From positions 4,402,001 to 4,466,000 of the forward strand of contig NC_090364.1 in NCBI RefSeq assembly GCF_035084215.1: 64,000 nucleotides of DNA, written 5' to 3'. Under the pieces are notes generated by a model. It searched no databases and was not told the DNA's origin. It worked only from the letters and a program-made list of their open reading frames with translations. Of this stretch, positions 56,240 to 64,000 are shown in pieces. The stretch's first letter is position 1; each line of letters starts with the position of its first letter. Made by a program: the position numbers and the translations under genes. This DNA is from Heptranchias perlo. Taxonomy: Eukaryota.

Positions 56240-58282
56240 CTAACGCGCGGAGGGAGCGGGGCCGCTCGTCGACCGCCACTCCCTCAAGAGCCCGGTGAGG
56301 AGGGATCTGAGCCGACGCAGCCCGACCCCGCCGTCGTCCCCTTCCGCGGCCACGGACGCGACGGCGGCCAGGACCGAGCGGATTAACTGCGCCGGCTCCG
56401 ACCAACGGTCGAGGGCCAGCCGGACGCCATCGCGACGACGGCTCCAACCGGACGCAAAATCCCGGAGTTCCTCAACGGGGATGAGGGGAGACTCGGTGCC
56501 GGGCACGAGGGCGTCCACCACCTCACTGGCGGCGAACTCTAAATCCTCCCCAGTGCCCACCACCGAGTCCCCGTCCTCCTCCGGGTCATCGTCGCCCGCG
56601 GCCGACCCACTCCCCGCACAGGGTGCGGAGAACGAGACGGCCGCGCCGGCCAGCCCCGCCTCCGCCACGATCCCACCCCCAGGATCGTCGGCAGAGGAGT
56701 CCTCCCCGGGCTCCACCGGGGGGTCCGAGTCAGACGGCGGCGCCGGGCGGGGACCCTCCCCAGCCTCCGAGCGGTGAAAAACCGGCACCCGGATATAAGG
56801 GGAACCCGGGGAAACCGGGGAGAACGTGTACTCAAGTTCTCCCACCTCCCCCGGCTCCGAGCCCAGAGACTGAGAGGAGGGGGTCTCCCCACCCACGTCG
56901 CCACCGACCGACCCGGCCGGTGAGATATTCTGGTTAAAACCCACCACCAGGTCGAGCAGGTCCTGGGAGAGGTCGAGCCGGGGGCAGACGAATTTGGCCG
57001 CAACGGCCTCGCCCACCCCGGCACCCAGGACGCCCGACCCGGTGAACAGGGTAGTGTCGGGTAAATGCGGATCCGCGACCCCCCCTATCGGCGGGGTCTC
57101 TCCATCCCCCCCGGGAGGCACGGGCACGATCTCCTCCCCCCGAGAGGTGGATGACCCCCGCCGCTGTTCGGATGTCACGGGCGGGGCCGCAGGATCCGCG
57201 ACCGGCACCGACTCCCCTTCCACGGGGGGCCGTCCCTTAGCAGGGAGCCCGTTCGCTTCCGGGGAGTGGCGCCTCTTTTTCTTCCCGGGGGGTCGCGGAG
57301 GGAGGGGGAACTCCACGTCTGCTGGGACCCCCACCTCCGCTCCCTCCTGATCACCCGCCAGCCCGGGCTCTGTCGCGACCGCGAGATGTTGACTGGCCGC
57401 GGTCACGGCCTCGGGCTGACTCAGATCTTCTCTGTCCCGGGGACCAGCCTCTAAATTCTTCCTCTTTCTCCGCGCCTTTCTCTGGCGAGGGTTCCCCTCC
57501 TCCCCCCTGGCGGAGGCCTCGACGCCAACCTCCACCCGCGCAGTTGACTGTCCCGACGCGGGGGCGGGGTTGGGGGGAGGAGCGGTGGCGGCGCCAGCCC
57601 CGGCCGCCGTAGCTGTTTTGGCGGCCTGAGAGGCAGGGCAGTTCCTCTTCAGGTGCCCCACCTCCTTACAGGCATGGCACCGCCCACCCTCTGCCGTCCA
57701 AAAGACGCGGTAAGGGATCCCCTCGTGGAGGGCGTTAAAGCCCCCCTCCGTAACCTCCTCCCGTGCCAGCTTGACGAATGCCTGGCGACGGAAGGAGTAA
57801 ACATGCCGGAGGCTGTTCTCCCTGAGTCCGAGCGGCAGCGGCGTTACCCCCGACCTCACCTCCCCCAGTTGACGTAGGTGGGGGAGGAGGAGCTCGTCCG
57901 ACAGGAAAGGCGGGACGTTGGATAAAATGACTCGCTGCGCGGTGGCCTCCAGCGGGTCCACCGGCAGGAAGGTCCCGCCAACCGTGAGCCCCTTACTAAG
58001 GGCCAGGGACACCGCCCGCTCGGACCTCAGGAAGAACACCGCCCTCCCGTACATTTTTGAGGCCGCGACGATGGCCGAGGGGCCGACAACCTCGGCCATG
58101 GCCTTTACGCAGGCCTCAATGGTCATGTTGGGGTGGGCGTAGCTCTTCACCCCATGCTTCCTCGTAATGAGGCGGAAAGGCGCCGGCCCAGCAGGAGCGG
58201 CACGAACTGTAGGAGCGGCCCCCGAGGTAACCGCCGCATACGTCCTGCTGGGTCCCGGCACCGGCGAAGATGGTGAAGCCAT
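56240..58282 (-). CDS. Tx1-like ORF1: nucleic-acid-binding protein with CCHC zinc knuckle (680 aa from MASPSS)
   Basis: Long ORF upstream of ORF2 with CHACKEVGHLKRNC knuckle, an RRM-like N-terminal region (AASKMYGRAVFFL, VILSNVPPF), a basic NLS-like patch and a low-complexity C-terminal half. Confidence 0.9.
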   Translation of the reverse strand: MASPSSPVPGPSRTYAAVTSGAAPTVRAAPAGPAPFRLITRKHGVKSYAHPNMTIEACVKAMAEVVGPSAIVAASKMYGRAVFFLRSERAVSLALSKGLTVGGTFLPVDPLEATAQRVILSNVPPFLSDELLLPHLRQLGEVRSGVTPLPLGLRENSLRHVYSFRRQAFVKLAREEVTEGGFNALHEGIPYRVFWTAEGGRCHACKEVGHLKRNCPASQAAKTATAAGAGAATAPPPNPAPASGQSTARVEVGVEASARGEEGNPRQRKARRKRKNLEAGPRDREDLSQPEAVTAASQHLAVATEPGLAGDQEGAEVGVPADVEFPLPPRPPGKKKRRHSPEANGLPAKGRPPVEGESVPVADPAAPPVTSEQRRGSSTSRGEEIVPVPPGGDGETPPIGGVADPHLPDTTLFTGSGVLGAGVGEAVAAKFVCPRLDLSQDLLDLVVGFNQNISPAGSVGGDVGGETPSSQSLGSEPGEVGELEYTFSPVSPGSPYIRVPVFHRSEAGEGPRPAPPSDSDPPVEPGEDSSADDPGGGIVAEAGLAGAAVSFSAPCAGSGSAAGDDDPEEDGDSVVGTGEDLEFAASEVVDALVPGTESPLIPVEELRDFASGWSRRRDGVRLALDRWSEPAQLIRSVLAAVASVAAEGDDGGVGLRRLRSLLTGLLREWRSTSGPAPSAR

Positions 58283-58980
58283 GACTGAGAGCCACACCCA
58301 CCCCAAGTCTCAGGCCTTTGGATGGAAATTGGCCTTTTTTTTTAAAAGAATTCTTGAGGATACCTCTCTCCCCGAATCCCAGTGCTTGGTTGGGAGAGGG
58401 CCCCTTTGTTGTTTTTATATATTCCCAGAATACCCCGGAGAGCAAGGGAATATCCCAGAGAGCAGGAGAAGGTGGGAGGGATGGATGGCAGAATGGGAAG
58501 GAGGGAGTCTGCAGGGGTCGGCTGCTGCAGAAGTGGGTGGAAGAGGGGCGGGGTTGCACCTTAAAAGGTGGATCCTCTTCTGCCTGTCTTCCGGTGGGCA
58601 GGGGGAGGAGATGTCTTCCCCTAGACAGCTGGAGCTGCCTAGGCTCAGCCCTCCAAAGATTTGAAAAAGAAAGTAACTTCACCCAGGCAGCTCCAGCTGT
58701 CCCGGGCCAGACACTTGGGGGGGGACCCCTGTCCTCTGAAGTCTTCTTCCTCCCCCTACCTTCAGCCGACACACCTCACTGCACCGACCACCTCTTCCTC
58801 CCACTGGTTGGTGCTCTTTTTCTCCTTCTCCCTCCCTCCTTGTTGATGGTGGTTTCTCCTTCTTTCTCCTTCTCCTTCTCCTTCTCCCCAAGGGACCCAG
58901 GCAAGGGCCTGCTCTCTCTGCTCTCTCTGCTCTCCACTCCACTCAGTGGCAGTCCAGCCACAAACACCTCCAAGGCCTTG

Positions 58981-59065
58981 CTGGTCTGTATTGCAAAGCT
59001 CTGATTGGCTCTGGATATCAATCTCTCCCCCAGAGCCCTGTCCTTTGTTAATTGGTGCTTGGATT
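58981..59065 (+). promoter_or_regulatory. Ferritin-promoter segment between the two retrotransposons
   Basis: CTGTATTGCAAAGCTCTGATTGGCTCTGGATATCAATC...CCTTTGTTAATTGGTGCTTGGATT is homologous to every array promoter. Confidence 0.9.
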
Positions 59066-59160
59066 TTTTTTCTTTTTTTTTATTAGGCCCCCCTTTTATA
59101 AGAAGGGGTGGTGTGGGGTGTGCTTAACAACTAAAAACCAAACAAACCAAAACCAAGAGT

Positions 59161-62100
59161 TCAAATCAAAATTTTATTATCCTCGTTCAGGATGCACTCC
59201 AGCCCCTGCGGTGCCCACCGGTCGCGGAAAGCCTCGAGTGTACCGGCAGACACCGCGTGCTCCATCTCCAGGGCCACCCGGGCGCGGAGCAACCCGCGAA
59301 AGAGAGGCAGACAGGCCGAGCGCCCACCCCCGCGGACCGCGAGCATCCTGGACCTGTGGATAGCCACCTTGGACAGGCCCAGGAGCAGGCCCACGAGAAC
59401 GTCCACCGACCTGCCCGCCCCCCTCCTCACCGGGCGGCCAAAGATCAGGAGCGTGGGACTGAAATGCAGCCAGAACTTGAGGAGCAGCCCCTTCAAATAA
59501 TGGAACAGGGGCTGCAGTCTCGCACACCCGGTGTACAGATGGAACACGGACTCCTCCAGGCCGCAGAAATCGCAAGCGGCCTGGGTGTCCGTAAAATGGC
59601 GTAACCGCCGGTTGCACGCGACTGCTCCGTGCGCCACCCTCCACCCCAGATCCCCAAAGTAACACGGGAGGACCCCTGTATAGAGAGCCTCCCAATGGGG
59701 ACCCCCGTCTCCGCCGGACGGCAGGATGGTACACCAGGGCGTGTCCGGGCGAGAGACGAGGGCGAGGAAGTGGATGGTGTGCAGGAGCAGCCCGTACAGG
59801 AAATCCCTCCGCGCGGTGTGAAACGGCACGGAGGGAATTTCCGAGAGACGACTCAAGTTGTGAGGCGCGGCCCCCCGAGGGAGGTTCCGGGGTTTGGCGC
59901 CGAGGAGGAACTCCGTCCGAACGGGGGTCAGGTCGGACGGGATGGCTCCGCACGCCTGAGCCGCCTCCACATCCCGAGTGGAGTCAGGGCCGAGCGCCGA
60001 TTTCAACGCCCGGATGGCGATGGCCGCGTCCCCGGCACGCCACGAGGACATCCGTGCGGCGAGCGCCCACGGCTCCAACCAACCCGACCCACCGCCATCC
60101 AGGACGTCCCTGACTCTGGTCACCCGACCGGCCACGGCCCTCCGCACCGACAGCCGCGAGCGGCCGAAGCCGATATCGCGGAGGAACGGATTCCCGAGCA
60201 GCGGCTCCTGCAGGACGGCCGCTACCCCTGACGGGCGAGAGCTCCGACCGGAGGCGACCATGTTCCAGACCCTGAGCAGATCCTGGTAAAAGACAGGCAG
60301 CTCCTGCAAAGACGTGCGGCCGCCCACCAGCGAGACGAACAGGAGCTGCGTGTCGTAGTTCAGGCCGTGCAGCTGGCGGAAAAAATACGTCGCCAGCGCA
60401 CGCCATCTAAGAGGACGCTCAACGTACAGGTATCGCCGCAGCGTCCGAAGGCGGAAAGTTGCCACCTGGGTGCGGACGCACACCAGCCCCTGACCGCCCT
60501 CCCTAAGCGGGAGACTCAGGACCGCGGCAGCGACCCAGTGTATCCCTTTGGCCCAGAAGAAGTCGACGAACTTCCTCTGAATCTTGGCGACAAACTCGGG
60601 GGGGGGGTCAAAGTGACCAATCTGTACCACAACATGGCGGCCACCAGCTGGTTTATGACCAGCACTCGACCCCTGTAGGGTAACACTCGGAGCAGTCCTG
60701 TCCAGCGCGCCAGGCGAGCGGCGACCTTGGCCTCCAGCTCTTCCCAGTTCGCCGGCCAGGCTTCCTCGGCAGGGCCGAGGTAGACTCCCAGGTACCGGAG
60801 GTGCGTGGTACTCCAGGCGAAAGGCCTGAGCTCCTCCGGCAGGGAGTCCACCCGCCACTGACCCACCAGGAGTCCGGAACATTTCTCCCAGTTGATCCTT
60901 GCGGAAGACGCCGCAGAGTAGACCTCTTGGCACTTGCGCATCCTCCGCAAGTCAAGGGGATCGGTGACCACGAGGAGCACGTCGTCGGCGTAAGCCGAAA
61001 GGACGACCTCCACGTCCGGCTCGCGCAGAGCCAGTCCCGACAACCTCTTGCGCAAGAGGCGCAGGAAAGGCTCCACGCAGACGGCGTATAATTGGCCGGA
61101 CATGGGGCACCCCTGACGCACTCCTCTCCCGAAGCGAAGGGGCGCCGTCAAGGATCCGTTAACCTTAATCAGACACTCCGCGGCGGCGTACAGAAGTCGG
61201 ATCCGGGCGACGAAATGCGACCCGAACCCGAAAGCGCGCAGAGTCCCGAATAGATACTCGTGATCCACCCTGTCGAACGCCTTCTCCTGATCCAAGGAAA
61301 GGAAGGCGACCGACAGACCAGCCCTCTGGGAATGGTGGATCAGGTCCCGGACCAGATGGATGTTATCGTGGATCTTCCGGCCCGGGACCGTGTAGGACTG
61401 GTCGGGGTGGATCATGTGGGCCAGCACGGTGCCCAGGCGAGCAGACATCGCCTTGGCAAAGACCTTATAATCCGTGCTGAGGAGGGAGACCGGGCGCCAG
61501 TTTTTAAGGTTGCGGAGATCCCCCTTCTTAGGCAGCAGGACCACGACCGCCCTGCGCCACGAAAGGGGCATCTCCCCGGTCGCCAGACATTCCCCCAGGA
61601 CCCGCGCGTAGTCGCCCCCCAGGACGTCCCAGAAGGCCCTGAGGAACTCCACGGTCAGCCCGTCCAGCCCCGGGGACTTGCCCCTGGAGAGCTGGTGGAG
61701 GGCGCCGGTCAGCTCCGCCAAACTGAGCGGAGCGTCCAGACGCTCGGCGTCCTCCGGGCCGACCTTCGGCAAGTCCTCCCACAAAACTCTGCGCGCCTCC
61801 TCGCTGGACGGATCCGGAGAGAACAGAGCCTCGTAGAAAGATCGAGCCCGGGCCCTGACTCCCTCCGGGTCCGAGACGAGGGACCCGTCGTCGGCCAGCA
61901 GCGTAAGGAGCTGCTTACGAGCCCCCCGCCGCTTTTCCAGCGAGTAGAAGAAGGGAGAGCCGCGGTCCAGGTCCCGCAGGAGCTGGAGCCGCGACCTCAC
62001 GTACGCTCCTCGGGACCCGACCAGTTGCAGGTCCCTCAGAGCGTCCTTCCTCTCCTCGTACACCTGCCGCAGGGCCGGATCCTCGGCGGCCTGACCGAGA

Positions 62101-63065
62101 CGGGACTCCAGGCCAAGCACCTCCTGCTCCAACCGCCTGACCTCGGACTCCCGCCTCTTAGTCGACCCCCTCGCGTACTCTTGACAGAAGAGGCGGACGT
62201 GAGCCTTGCCCACGTCCCACCATAGCCTCAAGGAGGAGAAGCCTCCCCGCTTCCCTCTCCAGTCGCTCCAGAACAGACGGAACGAGTCCCGGAACCGCGC
62301 GTCCTCCAGCAGCCGGTTGTTAAAGTGCCAGTACGCGGACCCCGACCGGGCGCGGAGCAGAGCGAGCTCCATCCACACCAGGTGGTGGTCCGAGCACGAC
62401 ACCGGCCGGATGGAGGCCGACGGGACGCAGGAGGCGTACGCCCGCGAAACGTACAGGCGGTCGATTCTGGTGCTCCCCCCTCCGGCCCTCACAAAGGTGA
62501 ACTGGCCGGAGTCGGGATGGAGATTCCGCCAGACGTCCACCAAGTCGAAGGACCCGACCAGGTCCCTCAACTTCTCCGTCGCCGTTCGGGCACGCGCGGG
62601 ACCGGAGCGGTCCCTCGCCTCGAGGGTACGGTTAAAATCCCCCCCGAGGATAATGCACTCGCCGGCGTCGACGGAGTTTAGGTAAGTGGACACTTCTTCA
62701 AAGAAGCTCACTTGCTCGCCCTCGGACCAGGGGGCGTACACGTTCACCAGGTGAAGCGGCACGTCCCCGTGGCGAAGGGCTACGTGGAGCAAGCGGCCCG
62801 GCACCGGCTCCTTGACCCCCAAGATCTCCGGCTGAAAAGTCGGGGCCAACAAGATGGCCACCCCGCTCGAAACGCTGGCGAGGTGACTCAAGTAGACCCC
62901 CCCTCCCCATTCCAGGATCCACGTGGCCTCGTCTCCCGGAACGGTGTGGGTTTCCTGCAGAAAGCACACCGCATACTTCCCGTCCCGCAGGACCGAGAAC
63001 TTGTCAAATCTACGGCGGGCGTCTCTGCCGCCGTTGATGTTGAGGCTGGCTATGGTTATCTCCAT
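59161..63065 (-). pseudogene. ORF2 of element copy 2, 1-bp frameshift near 60597-60607
   Basis: Copy 1 has CTCA-G10-TC and copy 2 has CTC-G10-TC, splitting ORF2 into the 928-aa and 590-aa ORFs. Could be a homopolymer sequencing error. Confidence 0.75.
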
Positions 63066-63094
63066 GGCAAGAGCACAGCGCAACCTACTTAAAC

Positions 63095-64000
63095 CTAACG
63101 CGCGGAGGGAGCGGGGCCGCTCGTCGACCGCCACTCCCTCAAGAGCCCGGTGAGGAGGGATCTGAGCCGACGCAGCCCGACCCCGCCGTCGTCCCCTTCC
63201 GCGGCCACGGACGCGACGGCGGCCAGGACCGAGCGGATTAACTGCGCCGGCTCCGACCAACGGTCGAGGGCCAGCCGGACGCCATCGCGACGACGGCTCC
63301 AACCGGACGCAAAATCCCGGAGTTCCTCAACGGGGATGAGGGGAGACTCGGTGCCGGGCACGAGGGCGTCCACCACCTCACTGGCGGCAAACTCTAAATC
63401 CTCCCCAGTGCCCACCACCGAGTCCCCGTCCTCCTCCGGGTCATCGTCGCCCGCGGCCGACCCGCTCCCCGCACAAAGCGCGGAGAACGAGACGGCCGCG
63501 CCGGCCAGCCCCGCCTCCGCCACGATCCCACCCCCAGGATCGTCGGCAGAGGAGTCCTCCCCGGGCTCCACCGGGGGGTCCGAGTCAGACGGCGGCGCCG
63601 GGCGGGGACCCTCCCCAGCCTCCGAGCGGTGAAAAAACCGGCACCCGGATATAAGGGGAACCCGGGGAAACCGGGGAGAACGTGTACTCAAGTTCTCCCA
63701 CCTCCCCCGGCTCCGAGCCCAGAGACTGAGAGGAGGGGGTCTCCCCACCCACGTCGCCACCGACCGACCCGGCCGGTGAGATATTCTGGTTAAAACCCAC
63801 CACCAGGTCGAGCAGGTCCTGGGAGAGGTCGAGCCGGGGGCAGACGAATTTGGCCGCAACGGCCTCGCCCACCCCGGCACCCAGGACGCCCGACCCGGTG
63901 AACAGGGTGGTATCGGGTAAATGCGGATCCGCGACCCCCCCTATCGGCGGGGTCTCTCCATCCCCCCCGGGAGGCACGGGCACGATCTCCTCCCCCCGAG
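63095..64000 (-). pseudogene. ORF1 of element copy 2 (3' part), +1 frameshift near 63632-63637
   Basis: A6 versus A5 at the equivalent site of copy 1 (56777-56781). Could be a homopolymer sequencing error. Confidence 0.65.

Larger units (their letters stand above)
52160..58980 (-). mobile_element. Full-length Tx1-clade (L1 superfamily) non-LTR retrotransposon, copy 1
   Basis: A-rich tail (T-run 52160-52226), ~80-bp 3'UTR, intact ORF2 and ORF1, ~700-bp 5'UTR. GC/CpG-rich compared with the host. The 5' end may extend to 59065. Confidence 0.95.
59066..64000 (-). mobile_element. Tx1-clade retrotransposon, copy 2 (5' part beyond window)
   Basis: Short T tail at 59066-59084; nearly identical to copy 1 across the ORFs. 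Confidence 0.95.

Noticed and set aside
56211-56447. 79-aa N-terminal extension of ORF2 in the ORF track
   Set aside because: It overlaps the end of ORF1. The APE domain begins at MEITIASLN (56210), the typical start position.
58981-59065. Simple target-site duplication
   Set aside because: About a dozen differences from the left flank are hard to reconcile with an element whose ORFs and CpGs are intact; kept as an alternative to test.
52336-63632. Numerous overlapping 70-320 aa ORFs on both strands within the GC-rich region
   Set aside because: Shadow ORFs of GC-rich ORF1/ORF2 (few stop codons); no recognisable motifs.

Overview
Eukaryotic DNA, most likely from a cartilaginous fish (inferred from shark-type CR1, DeuSINE and Penelope repeats). 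1-52 kb is an AT-rich head-to-tail array of 4-exon ferritin genes (H/M-subunit-like, 176 aa, + strand, period ~4.5-6.1 kb). It holds ten copies: copy 1 lacks exon 1 in this window, and copy 4 is broken by a Penelope insertion carrying a minimal hammerhead ribozyme. The promoter of an eleventh unit follows and is interrupted at GGATT^ by two tandem, young, GC-rich Tx1-clade non-LTR retrotransposons on the minus strand (52.16-59.0 kb with intact ORF1 and ORF2; 59.07 kb to the window end). Both 3' junctions are at the same promoter nucleotide. Between the two elements lies an ~85-bp ferritin-promoter segment that differs from the local flank, so it looks carried by the element; it regenerates the target and the displaced CCAAT boxes. 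Older Tx1 3' relics lie just upstream of most other promoters. Main candidate system: a ferritin-promoter-targeting Tx1 retrotransposon family. The array also lacks intact IREs, contains a subtype with a mutated ferroxidase centre, and shows exon-limited homogenisation.
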